A stretch of DNA of 64,000 nucleotides, from assembly GCA_965240325.2 (NCBI GenBank), contig OZ251223.1:2356001-2420000 (forward strand), in the 5' to 3' direction. The position numbers and the translations under genes are program-made. Source of the DNA: Rebecca billardiae RCC1528 (taxonomy: Eukaryota > Protista > Haptophyta). Below, in pieces: positions 35,356-46,702 of this stretch (position 1 is the first letter of the stretch; each line of letters opens with the position of its first letter). A model generated the notes under the pieces. The model did not search any database, was not told the origin of the DNA, and worked only from the letters and a program-made list of their open reading frames with translations.

Positions 35356-35439
35356 TATGTGTGTGTAATATAATATATATATATATACATATATGTATAT
35401 ATATATATGTAATATATGTTCATCGTCGTCTGTGACTGA

Positions 35440-37123
35440 CAGGTTGCACGGAAAAATGACCGCCCGCGACTGACAGATGTTACATTCCCAGTGGACGCGA
35501 CCTGTCCACCCGTCGTTCGGTACATGGCGCCGTCGCCGTGCGCCCGGAAGCGGCGCGCGCTCTCGCGCGCTGCACGATGCCCGCTGTTGCGGGTGCAGCG
35601 CGCCACTCCGCGCCTCGATCGGCCTCTTCCTGCTTGAGTAGCATGTACCGAAAGTCAACCACCCTTGAGCTCCAATCGCGACATCGCGCAGCCGCGTGGC
35701 ACGTTCGCGCGGCATCTGAGTCACAGAGGGCAGCAGAGCAGGCCGTCTCAGCCTGGAAGAGTCCCAGGCCCGGTGTGAAGAGACGTAGCAATGCAAGGTG
35801 GATACGTGCCGTGCTCGTCGCAGTCTGGCCGCACACGACGTTCGCAGCCTACGACTCGCGCGTGCGTGCTTGCGCTCGGCCACGTCCATTCATCAGCCGT
35901 GCGTGTATTGGATGGAGCGCGCGCGCGACTGGTCTTGCACATCACGTTGCGCAGCAACAGTCGCGGGAAGAGACACGCGACACTCATAGTATGCGACAAC
36001 CTTGCAATGTTCATCCAGCGCGTGTTGGTGAGGGTCGAAAAGCTGGCGGCGGCTACCTCTCAACCGCTCGGTTGCACTTGATGGTGCATGCGCGCCGGCC
36101 GGAGCGCTGAAGTGTCAGAGTCGTGGCATGCTCGAGGCTCTTGGATGAGGAGACGGCCGCTACGCAGTCTATCTATGTCGTCAGCATGAAGAACGGCATC
36201 CACGCACGACGCCTCGCGAACGCACACCTGCTTCCGCGCTGTGACACGCATCGACAAGAACCGCTCAGCAGGCTGACGAGGCACCACGCCTCACTCACGC
36301 CCAAGAACAGCAGGGCGAGTGCTAAGAAGCGGGCGAAGGAAGCTGTCGCTCGCTGCGGCAAGGACGCTCTCACTGTATGAATGTCATTGAGCCCTACATA
36401 GCCTTCTTTGTCTCGCGTGAGCTCAGCATCAAGGGTGAGGCGCGAGGTGTTGCGCAGACGGTCGCACAGGCTCACGTAGACAGCTCGATGGTGATGATCG
36501 AGAGCTTCTATCAAGTGTTCAGATGCAGAGCGCGTGCGTACACCGAGCAGGAGCTGACGACCTACATGGTATCTATGCCACGCGTGGATCTCCCCGCCGG
36601 CCCACAAGTCGCTGACGACTTATTGTCGAACTCGAATGCTCGCGCGCGGCATTGCGGGCGAAGGCTGCACTCGGGCGACGAGCTCGGTCCGATCATGACG
36701 GTTTGCCATACTGCGCGTGGTGACGGGCGTTGGGCTCGAGACGGATGGCGCGGGCGGTGTGACGCAGATAGAGCTGGGCGTGTGCGCTCGCTCCGAGACG
36801 CGTCGAAGGGAGGACTGTCTCCAGCTGCCTGATGATCCTGGACGAGAGGGTGATGCTGCTGTGGCTGTTTGCCGTCTCACGCGACGTGTGATGGGATGAT
36901 GACAGTCACTGCCGACGGCGAGGGGGTCCCGGCTGTGCTAGCTCAAGGGATGTAGCGCACGCGGACAAGTCCTGACGACACGCGCATTCAGCTAGTCATG
37001 ATGCGGGGCTGCATCGACACGCGAGGCGCGCGCCACCCACGAGCGGCGAGTGGGCGGGCGCCATCCTTCAGAGGCGCCGTCTCTCAGAAATGTAACACCA
37101 AGGACAGTTTCCTGTGCAACCTG
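35440..37123 (+). mobile_element. Decayed hAT-like element with coding relics
   Basis: TIR CAGGTTGCACGGAAA / TTTCCTGTGCAACCTG; inner IR TGTTACATT/AATGTAACA; 8-bp flanks GTGACTGA vs TCGACTGA (6/8); broken ORFs at ~36120-36830. Confidence 0.65.
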
Positions 37124-37268
37124 TCGACTGAGTGTGAGTGAGTGTCACACTGCCGACAGCGAACCGTCGGTCAGTAGGCAACGCTGGCCACACCGCTGTC
37201 ATTGTAGTCGTCCAGCTGCCGCCGGCGTGCAGCGTCGGATGCAAATCACTCTCTAGTAATAGTTGTGA

Positions 37269-38078
37269 TCAATCTCCATGTGCCGACGGTGCCATGCAAT
37301 GTACAGTCGCCATCGCGGCCATCGCAGCTGTCTCTGCGCGCAGAACGTTTGGTCCCAGGCTCACACAGCTTGCGCCTGCTGACTGGAGCGTGCGAAACTC
37401 CTCCTCTTCGAAGCCACCTTCGGGTCCAACCACGAAGGCGACCGGCGGGGGCGGGGCTCCGGGCGTCTGAGCATCACGCAGCGCCTCATCCAGCCTTGGG
37501 ACGCCGGAGCTTCGCTCGGCGCATGCGAAAACATGGCCGCCCCCTTCTGCAGCCGCGCTGATGGCAGCGACTAGGTCCCGCTCAACGTCCAGGACAATCG
37601 GAACGCTCAGCCGTCCACACTGCTCCGCTGCCTCGATCGCTGTCGCCCGCGCCCGTTGGAGGTTGAGCTCGCGCACTGCGGTGCGCGACGTCACCAACGG
37701 CTGCAAGTGTGTCACGCCAAGCTCAGTGGCCTTCTCCACGAGTTGCACCACTCGTTTCGGCTTGAGGAGGCCGAATAGCAAGGCGACCTTCCGTGCTGGC
37801 GGCGGCTGCTCCCGTGTCTGCCCGCACACCGTCGAAGAGCACGACCTCCGGCCAGTCAGCTCGAGGTTTGCGGCGTACTCGCCTGATGCGCCATCGAAAA
37901 CCAGCACCGAATCGCGCTCGTTGCACCGCAGGACGGACAGGAGGTAGTGCTGCTGCGCGTCGCTGAACTGCACACGCACCCCCGGCGCGAGAGGCCCGTC
38001 GACGTACAGCCTGCAGCGCGTTGGGCGGGCGGCAGCACTGCTACCTATCACGATCAACCTCGTCAGTGACGACGCCAT
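37269..38078 (-). CDS. rsmE: 16S rRNA m3U1498 methyltransferase (SPOUT), organellar
   Basis: HYLLSVLR, VEKATELGV, EAAEQCGR, VGPEGGF and SLGPNVLRAETAA. Confidence 0.93.
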   Translation of the reverse strand: MASSLTRLIVIGSSAAARPTRCRLYVDGPLAPGVRVQFSDAQQHYLLSVLRCNERDSVLVFDGASGEYAANLELTGRRSCSSTVCGQTREQPPPARKVALLFGLLKPKRVVQLVEKATELGVTHLQPLVTSRTAVRELNLQRARATAIEAAEQCGRLSVPIVLDVERDLVAAISAAAEGGGHVFACAERSSGVPRLDEALRDAQTPGAPPPPVAFVVGPEGGFEEEEFRTLQSAGASCVSLGPNVLRAETAAMAAMATVHCMAPSAHGD

Positions 38079-38132
38079 CTTTACCAGAGGCAGTGAGGCC
38101 AACCCGGCACGTCTCATCGCATCATCAAATCG

Positions 38133-38885
38133 ATGGTGGGCCTCATTTCGCCGGTGCATGCGAGGGTGCCGTTCGCGCTTGAGCAGCTTGCCACTGTGTT
38201 CGGCGCTCGCGACCATGACGCGTGGCACGCTAGACGCACGGCTGCACGAGATGCGATCGAGAGATCGGGCAGCACGCTTCCATCACACCAGCTTGTCTAC
38301 GGCGAGCTCCAGATCGAAGCGCTGGCCACGGTCCTCGACGCTGCCGGAGTTCGCGTCGGAGACTCGTTCATCGACATCGGCAGCGGCGATGGCATGAGCG
38401 TGCTCGCGACTGCCCTACTTTGCGGCGAGTCGCTCACACAATGTGCTGGCCTGGAGGTCATCCAACCATTGGTGCACCGTTCTGTCAGCCATCGCGACAC
38501 GCTCCTCGCCAACGTGCCCCCAGGCACCCCGCTCCCGCCCATCCGCTTTCTCGAGGGCGACGTGCACGACGCCTCATCTGGCCCTGCCCGCGCGCTAGTG
38601 GGCGAGTCTACACTGGCCGTCTGCTTCGCCACGACGTGGTCCCACGACGGCCAAAGCAAGCGGCGCGAGCTGCCACGGCTGAGTTGCGCCTTGACAGCCA
38701 TGCCGGCGGGCGCGCGCGTCATCATGGTGGATGGGCGACTGCTAAAAGAAGATGGTTGGCAATGGCAGGGCGATCTGAAGATTTCGAACGCGGACGTTGC
38801 GCCATACTCGACCGCTTCACTGTTCGAGCGCATGTCTGCGCCTCCAACGATTGGCGCGAGGACTGGCTCCGCGTCTGTCGACTGA
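38133..38885 (+). CDS. Class I SAM-dependent methyltransferase, DOT1-like
   Basis: LVYGEL, FIDIGSGDG..VL, GLEV and FLEGD. Confidence 0.75.
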   Translation: MVGLISPVHARVPFALEQLATVFGARDHDAWHARRTAARDAIERSGSTLPSHQLVYGELQIEALATVLDAAGVRVGDSFIDIGSGDGMSVLATALLCGESLTQCAGLEVIQPLVHRSVSHRDTLLANVPPGTPLPPIRFLEGDVHDASSGPARALVGESTLAVCFATTWSHDGQSKRRELPRLSCALTAMPAGARVIMVDGRLLKEDGWQWQGDLKISNADVAPYSTASLFERMSAPPTIGARTGSASVD

Positions 38886-39408
38886 GCGGTGAGCCTGCCA
38901 GAACGACCTGCGACCACAACCGAGTCAGACTCAGAGTAGTCAGAAGAGTCGACGACCGCAATAACTCATCGATCTCAGATCTGAATAATACTCTGATGCG
39001 CCTGATGGCAGCACCATGACACTGCTGCATGATCGATCATGCACTGGGCGCACGCTGAATCTCGTCGCGCGCTGACTCGCTAGTCGCTCGGCGACCGGTA
39101 ACCGATGAAACATATATAATATAGTTTGTGACGACGATGATATATAATTCGGAGGTCCCGTTCGAAACGCGACAACGCCTATATATACTCTCGGCTGCAT
39201 CGCACGGACCACGGTCCGCGGGCGCGGCGCGGCACCCGCGCCTGACCGCACGGCGGGCCCGCACGCCGCACGGGCCCGAGGGCCCCCGACGGCGGATGAT
39301 CTGAGTGAGCAGAAGTAAGTAGACAGTAGTAACACTGCGCTCAGATTGCTCAGAACCCGCCTGACCGTCAGAACACCAGATTTACACCTCAGTATTCAGT
39401 AATCATAA

Positions 39409-40083
39409 TCAGCGGCATGGTCCATCGGACAATGCTGCTTCACCAGGCTCCAGCCGTGCGGTAGTGCCGACGGCAGCCCGGGCATTATCATGCCCCTCGG
39501 ACTGTGAAGGTGTCGTGCCAATGGGCGTGTCCACACTCACAGCGGCGCCATGCGCAGTCCCGTCCGAAGCTGCCGCCGTGGAGTCCAGGACTCCAGTGGA
39601 GGCTGCCGTGCTGATCGTAAGACTGGGTAGATGTGCGGCATGATGAGCGTCGTCGACATCATGGTACTGCTCCTGTTGCGGAGCATCGACGCCGTTACCC
39701 ACCGAGAGTCCAGTGCCAGCGCTCTCATCGGAACCATGCCAGGCATCTTGCCTGCGCACACCGCCTTTGGCGAGATCAACGGTCGACCCAATCGCAGCAC
39801 GCATGACAGGAATCGTTGTCCCCACCTGGCCGATGGACAAAAGAGCGGAATCGCATGCCATGAGCATGTCTTCAAGACCACCGAGTGTCTCCTCTGCGCC
39901 GGCAAGGTGTTTGTCATAGCTGGCAAAGCTTTTGGCCGCAAGCAGCACCTCCTCATTCGGAGAGCCACGCGACACGATGCGCGCCAGTTGTCCAGCCGCG
40001 CGCACGACCTTCTTGCCCCGCTCCGCCATCTCCTCTTTCGCTGCTCGGCTGCCCTCAGAGTCATACGCCTCCGCATCCGCCAT
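39409..40083 (-). CDS. BORC subunit 7-like coiled-coil protein with disordered tail
   Basis: LARIVSRGSPNEEVLLAAKSF...AEETL resembles my recollection of BORCS7 (LTKQVLKGS..SELL.QAARNM...SEDSL). Confidence 0.55.
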   Translation of the reverse strand: MADAEAYDSEGSRAAKEEMAERGKKVVRAAGQLARIVSRGSPNEEVLLAAKSFASYDKHLAGAEETLGGLEDMLMACDSALLSIGQVGTTIPVMRAAIGSTVDLAKGGVRRQDAWHGSDESAGTGLSVGNGVDAPQQEQYHDVDDAHHAAHLPSLTISTAASTGVLDSTAAASDGTAHGAAVSVDTPIGTTPSQSEGHDNARAAVGTTARLEPGEAALSDGPCR

Positions 40084-41134
40084 GTCTCTTGAAGTCTGGT
40101 TGCCGAATGCCGATCAAGCGAACGCCGCCATCGTTCGCTGCGCCTTGCTGCTGCGGGTGGATGCCGAATTATTATTGCCGCGATTTCATCTTGGGGGATT
40201 GGGGCGGGAAGGAAATGCTGATGATGATGAATTCTCCGTGCGGTGCGCCGGCCGCGGCTGGCCGCACCGGCAGGAACCCTGGCCGATACACACCGCCCTA
40301 CCGCTCTGCGCAGTGGCTTTACCTGGGCCCAAGCTGCTGCGCGGGCTGTGGTGGCCTCTGCTGGCCTCTGCTGGCCTGCGCAGTGGAGCGGGCACGGCGA
40401 CTGACTGGCTGTGTGAGGTAGTAGGGAAGTGGCTTATAACCCTGGGGGACCCATCGGCTCGCAGAGCGCGAGCGCGGGTTCACCACGCGCAGAGCGAGCC
40501 GGGCCCGCGTGTGTTATATCTGCCGCAGACCCGACTGGTTTCTTCAATTTTTGTGCTGTGGGAAATGTATTGTATTCAGCGATACATCGCGTCGTCACAA
40601 TTCGTCGACGACAGGCCTCGACAGAATGTCGTCGGCTCCTCACCGGCGCAGTCCTGCACGTCTACGGGCCAGGCGCGACACTTTATAATTCAATCTACAG
40701 CGCGGTACCGAGGTAAATAAGAGCAGCTCACTTTCTAATTAATTAATGCGCAGGAGTGACTGCCGCACATTGGCCTGGCGGTAAATCGGCGCATAGGTGT
40801 CATGGAGAAGAACTGATTATGCGAATGGCACTTGTCAATCTTGAGGCACGCGTCGATCTGTCGTCGCGACTGCAGTCTGCCGACCGCGGTCGTCGGTCGT
40901 AATAAGTGTCTGCTGTGCGTCCGGGACTCATCGGAGTCGAATCGGTGCAGTCAGGCTGTGCGCTGCGGTTGCAGACTTGGCCGCGAAGGGGCGCGCCTGC
41001 CGCGGCTAGGCCGATGGGGGATCAAGACCACGAGATCTTTCTGTTCAAAAAAAGGCCAGCATCCCGCCGCCCGACTCCCGAGTGGTGCATGGTGGTCTCT
41101 TGCGATCAAATGGCAGGTGTGCGAATCTGGCCGA

Positions 41135-41500
41135 TCAGCGGTGCTGCAGCATGGGCATCACGAGGTCGGGAATGGCGTTCGGGTCCTTGAAGAGATTCTG
41201 GAAGAAGTGGCCATCAGACTTGACGGCGCTGTCCGCGAGCGTCGTCCCGAGAGCGACGTACTTCATCGCGGTGTGCGTGTGCTGCAGGTGCTTCTCTGGG
41301 ATGTGCGAGTACTCGCCGCCGCGCATGTGCACGTCGTACAGAGCGTTCTCGATCATCGAATCAGTCGCGTCTGCCGCGCGGCCAAGCGTCTGTACGCTCA
41401 AATGAGCCGCATCACGCAAGTGGCTCCCGTTGGTCGAGGGCTCGGACGTGTGGTGCGCCATGCGCGTGAAGTCGTCGACGACGTGTGCGTGCGATGCCAT
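41135..41500 (-). CDS. Hypothetical His-rich protein (121 aa)
   Basis: ATG ORF with coding-like codon usage, divergent from the TPR gene. Confidence 0.55.
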   Translation of the reverse strand: MASHAHVVDDFTRMAHHTSEPSTNGSHLRDAAHLSVQTLGRAADATDSMIENALYDVHMRGGEYSHIPEKHLQHTHTAMKYVALGTTLADSAVKSDGHFFQNLFKDPNAIPDLVMPMLQHR

Positions 41501-41837
41501 GCTGCGAGTCGGGCGGTGGCGGACGGCACTGATGAGCGGCGAAAGCAGGCGTTGCTCAGGTTTCCGCGCGGGCCGGCTATTTTTCGGCCGCGCGAAAAAG
41601 CGAGGAGCTCGGGATTTGTCCAGCGCGCGGTTTGGCAGCCGTTGCCGTTGGCTTCGCATGCCTGGTGGGCAAGGCCGTTGGCTCCCGGACTATCGAGGGC
41701 TAGCCAATCAGAACGCGGCGCTACCGCACCTGCCGCTTCGTCGGCGCTTGTGAGCGCCAAGCGACACCGCGCGGAAGAGGTCGTCAGCTCGCGCGCGGCC
41801 GCTGCAACGGGAGGTGGAGCCCGCCTCGACGCAAGAC

Positions 41838-42791
41838 ATGCTAGCATTGGTCGTTGCCGCCGCGATTGGATGGGGCGGTGCCCCTATCGACACTCGGCTG
41901 CACGGCTCCCGCGACATCTCTCGCTTGCGGACGAGCGCTCTCACGCCGTCGGTGACCGCACGCGCGCGCGTGCGGGCATGCGACCCAGACGACGAGGACA
42001 AGGACCTGACCAAACAGTGGAGCGAGTTTCAGCGGCAAAACGACGCGGAGTTCACGGCCGCATCGATAGCCGAGGCGGAGCTCGACCCGAAGCGTCGGGC
42101 GCTGTGGGAGCAGCTCCGCCGCGCCGCCGAGATCGACGCGGTGAAGGGCGCGCGCGCGACGCTGCGAGGCGAGGCGGAGGAGGAGGACGCGGCGGCCGCC
42201 GACTGGAAGGTGCGCTCGCGCGCGCTTTCCGAGCTGCAGTACTGGCTCATCACGACGGGCAACCCAGATGCGGAGTCCGCCATGATCGACATCATTCAGA
42301 AGTACTGCGACGACGAGCGCTGGGTCGCGATCGAGGCCGACGGCCTGCTTCGCAAGGCATGGGCGGTGCACCGCAATGCCACAGTCAACATGCAGATGGA
42401 GCGGGGGCGCTCGCTGCTGCGCGAGGGCGACGCGCGCCTAGCCGAGCGCACGTTCGACGAGGTCGCGCACAGCGTCCAGCCCCCGTGGCCCGAGGCGCAC
42501 CGATGGCGCGCCAAGGTGCTGCACCTCGCCCTCAACGACGCGCCGGCGGCCATCGAGGCGTACGAGGCCGCGCTCAAGCAGTCGCCCAAGAACTACCCCG
42601 TGCTGTTCGAGCTGGGGTCGCTCCTGATCAAGGACGCGGCGTCGGAAGCGCAGTTCGGCGGGCCACGCGCCCTCGGCTCGGCTGAGCGCGCAACCCGGGG
42701 AGCCGAGCTTCTCGGCCGCGCGGCCGAGCTGAACCCGCTGCTCGAGCCCAAGGTGCGCGCGGTGCTGGGCACGTCGACGGACGATGAGTGA
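41838..42791 (+). CDS. TPR-repeat protein with signal/plastid-targeting N-terminus
   Basis: MLALVVAAAIG leader; TPR-like WPEAHRWRAKV...AIEAYEAALKQSPKNYPVLFELG. Confidence 0.8.
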   Translation: MLALVVAAAIGWGGAPIDTRLHGSRDISRLRTSALTPSVTARARVRACDPDDEDKDLTKQWSEFQRQNDAEFTAASIAEAELDPKRRALWEQLRRAAEIDAVKGARATLRGEAEEEDAAAADWKVRSRALSELQYWLITTGNPDAESAMIDIIQKYCDDERWVAIEADGLLRKAWAVHRNATVNMQMERGRSLLREGDARLAERTFDEVAHSVQPPWPEAHRWRAKVLHLALNDAPAAIEAYEAALKQSPKNYPVLFELGSLLIKDAASEAQFGGPRALGSAERATRGAELLGRAAELNPLLEPKVRAVLGTSTDDE

Positions 42792-43549
42792 GTCAGAGAC
42801 AGCAGACGGCCAGGTGCACACTCGCGCATCTCGCCTTGACGGACGCGCTGCCCTTGCACGCGCCTCTTCATCATCCTTGCGTCGCACTTGGAGGAGTCGG
42901 GACCCGCCGGACCTGGTGCCGGGCCCGGGTTGCCGGCCCCACGGGCGCAGGGCGGCACGGCCGCGGGTGAGGCATGGCCAGAGTCCGACGACGCCGCGAC
43001 ACACCAGTGAGACCTCCAGCATGGCAGGGAGCCACCGCGCGGGTCCCTATGTAAACATGTAAAGCCAGCACGCAGAATACGCGACAATACTCGTCGTCAT
43101 TACTGATGAATATTAGTACACGTGAATATATATATATATTTATATATATAATATGTATACCGATTCCGAGATTACCAGTCGTACCTGACATAGTAGTTGG
43201 CAAGTATGCTGAGCATTGAGCACATCAGTCACAGACATGCATCGTCAGTTGCATCACCATCAGGCATCACTCATCACTCATCAGGGGCAGCGCGCGCGCC
43301 TCAGCAGGTCACGCGGGTCCACGGCTGGGCCTCGTCAGGAGCCCGCGGTCGCGGCGGCCGAGTACTGTAGCAGCGCCAGCAGCGAATTTTCCGTTCTCGC
43401 TCGCGTCGCCACCGGCCCACCGGCACTGGGCATGACTGCCACCACGTCCGCTTCTGCTGACCCGCTGACCGCACCGGATCGGCGTGTTCGGTGTTGCCAG
43501 CTGGAGTCGCCTGCTGGCATCTTCATCTGAGAGCGAATGCTGGCAACCA

Positions 43550-45355
43550 TCAGTCGGCATCCTCGAGGCCGATGGCAGGCCAACCCGCATCCGCGGCATC
43601 GTCGTCCACCTGGTGATGATCAGCGCCATCGGCGTCATCAGTCACTCTGCTTCCGCCGCTTTCGGCGCCGGTCCACGGCGCGAAGCGTGCGAGCCTGCGC
43701 CGCCGCGGCGCTTCGAGCTGCGTCGCATCGCGCCGCCTCTGCCGCGCGTGCGCCGCGGGCTGGCGTGAGCCCGTGCGCTGAGCCGGGCGGGCGTTCCTGC
43801 TGAGGTTGGGGTTCACACGCTGCGCGGCGTTGATCCGGCGCAGCGTGTTCACGACGCAGGCGAGCGACTTCTCGCCGCCAGGGTAGCGCGCGAGCCGCGC
43901 CTCAGCCGCGCGCAGCGCGCGGCGATACACGCGCTGATCGAGCGCTGACTCGTTGGCGACCGGCTCGAGCAGCGCGCGCTCCGAGGCCCACTCCGGGTGC
44001 TGCTGGTGGAGGCGGTGGACGCGCTCGTAGGTGGCGCCCACGATGTCGTACGTGGCGCGCTGCAGCCCGAGCGTGTCGATCAGCTGCACGAAGAACTCGG
44101 AGCCGCGCTCCGTGATGCCGATGATGTCGAGCTGGTCGAGCACGCCGAGCGCCGTGCGCACGGTCTTGGCGCTCGGCTGCCTGTCCCACGACCACGAGCG
44201 CATGTCGAAGTACTTGAGGAGCGTCTTGGTCTGCGCGTTGCGCAGCTCGTGCGCCCAGCGCGGCAGCGCGCGGTGCCAGTTCGGCTCGTGGTACTCCGAC
44301 TCGGGCGCGGTGTGGTACGTGAAGCGCTTGCGGTAGAAGGAGTGTCGGAACGAGTCGTGCAGATTCGAGAGCAGGAACTTGAGCGGGTCGCGCACGCTCA
44401 GGAACGCGCTCGCGCGGCAGCCGGCGCGGGTGAAGGTGGGCGAGGCGCGGAGCGCGCGCACGGCCTCGACGACCTTCGGCACCGAGCCGCCCCCGTGCAT
44501 CTCGAGGATCATCCGCGGGTGCCGCTCGATCACGCTGCCGTTGTTGCTGAGCGCGTGCACGAGGGTCTCGAGCTTGACGCCCATGCCCGCTCGGACCAAT
44601 GGGTCGGGCGCCGGGCTGCCGGGCGGGCGCGGCCGCTTCGGCCCGGTGGAGAACTTGTAGCTCTCGTAGCCAGGCTGGTTCTGGAGGAAGAAGCGCGTCG
44701 TGGTGCCGCCCGTCTTCTCCACGTGCACGAAGAAGGCGACCGAGCACTTTGGCAGCGGGTAGCACGGGAGCGCGCACGGGTCGGAGCACGGCCGAGCGGT
44801 CAGCGTGGGCGCGGGTGCGGGGTCCTTGACGGCCGCGCTTGGCGTGGCCGAGCTCGCGTCGACGTCAGCGGTGGCGCGCTTCGCGTCCGCCCCGCCCGGA
44901 CCCCACCAGCGCCCGGCACCCTTCCCCTTTCCCTTCCCCTTCCCCTTGCCTCTGCCCTTGCCTTTGCCCCTGCTCTTCCCTTTGCCCCACATGCGCGTGG
45001 CGGTGAGGCGCGCCGGCATGCGAGCTGCCTCCGTCACAGCGGGCACGACGATGCGCGACAAGGCTGGCGTCTCGAGCGCGACGGATGGCGTGGTGGGCAC
45101 GGTCAGGTTGTGCACCTGCTCGGCCGCGCCCGCGACATGCGAGGGCACGAGCGCATCCGCGCCAGACTCGTGCAGGATGTAAATGCCGATCGCGAGGGTG
45201 CTCGCAAGGAGGAGCGCGAACGCGATGAGCATGCACGACCTGGGCCCTTCCTCCGGCTTCTGCGCCCCGTTCTCGCGCCAGAGGAGTGGCGTGTCCTCCA
45301 CCTCCTCCTCGTCGTCCTCGTCGCTCGCCTCGGCCTGGGCCGGTGCGGCGGGCAT
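43550..45355 (-). CDS. Type II membrane sulfotransferase-family protein (3' end uncertain)
   Basis: Single N-terminal TM; 5'-PSB FFVHVEKTGGTT; 3'-PB VRDPLKFLLS; IGITER; LDQRVY. Confidence 0.8.
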   Translation of the reverse strand: MPAAPAQAEASDEDDEEEVEDTPLLWRENGAQKPEEGPRSCMLIAFALLLASTLAIGIYILHESGADALVPSHVAGAAEQVHNLTVPTTPSVALETPALSRIVVPAVTEAARMPARLTATRMWGKGKSRGKGKGRGKGKGKGKGKGAGRWWGPGGADAKRATADVDASSATPSAAVKDPAPAPTLTARPCSDPCALPCYPLPKCSVAFFVHVEKTGGTTTRFFLQNQPGYESYKFSTGPKRPRPPGSPAPDPLVRAGMGVKLETLVHALSNNGSVIERHPRMILEMHGGGSVPKVVEAVRALRASPTFTRAGCRASAFLSVRDPLKFLLSNLHDSFRHSFYRKRFTYHTAPESEYHEPNWHRALPRWAHELRNAQTKTLLKYFDMRSWSWDRQPSAKTVRTALGVLDQLDIIGITERGSEFFVQLIDTLGLQRATYDIVGATYERVHRLHQQHPEWASERALLEPVANESALDQRVYRRALRAAEARLARYPGGEKSLACVVNTLRRINAAQRVNPNLSRNARPAQRTGSRQPAAHARQRRRDATQLEAPRRRRLARFAPWTGAESGGSRVTDDADGADHHQVDDDAADAGWPAIGLEDAD

Positions 45356-45688
45356 GCTGCTCGGTGCAGTGCGTCCGGCTTCAATGGCGGGGTCCGGTGA
45401 CGACGCAAGGGCCTGCCCTTGCCGCTTGAAGCGCCCTTGCCGCCTTGGCCGTGCGCCCTAAGCTAACCGCTACGTCCATCTGCGTGGATAGCAAGCTGTC
45501 GTCCGACGGGGCCAGGCCGCGGGCCGAGGTCTCTACTCAGTCTCGGTCCAAGGCGCAAGGCCGAAGGGCATGACAGTGCCAACGCAGAGTGAACGCGTGC
45601 CGCACACGCTTCGGGGCCACGCTCCCGCGCCTGGTCCGCCGGCTACGCGCCTCCGACCACCGCCAGCGCGCACGACGCGCGTGACGGC

Positions 45689-45977
45689 TCAGGCGACGAC
45701 GTCCTCGACCTCCTGCTCGCGGCTCTCCGTGACGAGGTGCTCGAAGAGCGCCGTCGAGAGGTAGCGCTCGCCAAACGACGGGATGACGCACACGACCGTC
45801 TTGCCAGCGTTCTCCGGGCGCTTGAGCATCTCGATCGAGGCGAGCACGGCGGCGCCAGAGGAGAAGCCGACCATCAGGCCCTCGTCGGTGGCGAGGCGGC
45901 GCGCCATGTCGATCGCGTCGTCGCCGCCCACCTGCACGATCTCGTCCACCAGCGACGTGTCCATCACCGCGGGCACA

Positions 45978-46014
<37 letters not shown>

Positions 46015-46702
46015 GCGCGCCGCCCGAGAGGACGGCGCTCTCCTTCGGCTCGACGGCGACGACCTTGAGGCCCGAGGCGAGCGGCTTGAGGTACTGCGCG
46101 CAGCCCGTGATCGTACCGCCCGTGCCCACGCCGCCCACCAGGATGTCGAACTTTCCGGAAGTGTCACGCCAGATCTCGGGGCCGGTCGTCTCGCGGTGGA
46201 TCTTGGGGTTGTCCGTGTTGTTGAACTGCTGGAGCATGACGGCGCCCTGCGTGCGCACGAGCTCCTCGGCCTTGGCGATCGCGCCCTTCATCCCCTTCGC
46301 CGCTGGCGTGAGCACGAGCTTCGCGCCGAACGCCTTGAGCATCACGCGGCGCTCGAGCGACATCGACGCAGGCATGGTGAGCGTCAGATCATACCCCTTG
46401 GCCGCGGCGACCATCGCGAGCGCAATCCCCGTGTTGCCCGACGTGGGTTCGACGAGCTTGGTCTGGCCCGGCTTGATCTCCCCGCGCGCCTCTGCCCCCT
46501 CGATCATCGCCAGCCCAAGCCGGTCCTTGACAGAGCTGGCGGGCTCCATCGACTCGAGCTTGCACAGGATCGTGCCGTTCACGCCCTCGGTCACGCGGTT
46601 GAGCTTGACGAGCGGCGTGTTGCCCACAAGGTCGGTCACGCTGCGCGCGTACCGGCGGCCCTGCTCGTCCGTGTGCATGCGGTCTGGCGGGGCGGTGGCC
46701 AT
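45689..46702 (-). CDS. cysK: Cysteine synthase A (O-acetylserine thiol-lyase)
   Basis: GNTPLV, SVKDR (PLP Lys), [23 protein letters not shown] and [10 protein letters not shown]. Confidence 0.97.

Noticed and set aside
36930-37000. tRNA-like TAGCTCAAGGG (also GGTTCGA at ~2612)
   Set aside because: No matching T-arm or acceptor stem; a cloverleaf cannot be built.
40190-40560. Possible ncRNA (C-box-like ATGATGA, Sm-like AATTTTTG, TAACCCT)
   Set aside because: Only isolated short motifs; no recognisable snRNA, snoRNA or telomerase RNA core. An Infernal/Rfam scan would decide.
40832-42685. 617-aa ORF
   Set aside because: Off-frame overlap of the TPR gene and antisense to the 41135-41500 ORF; composition is not protein-like.
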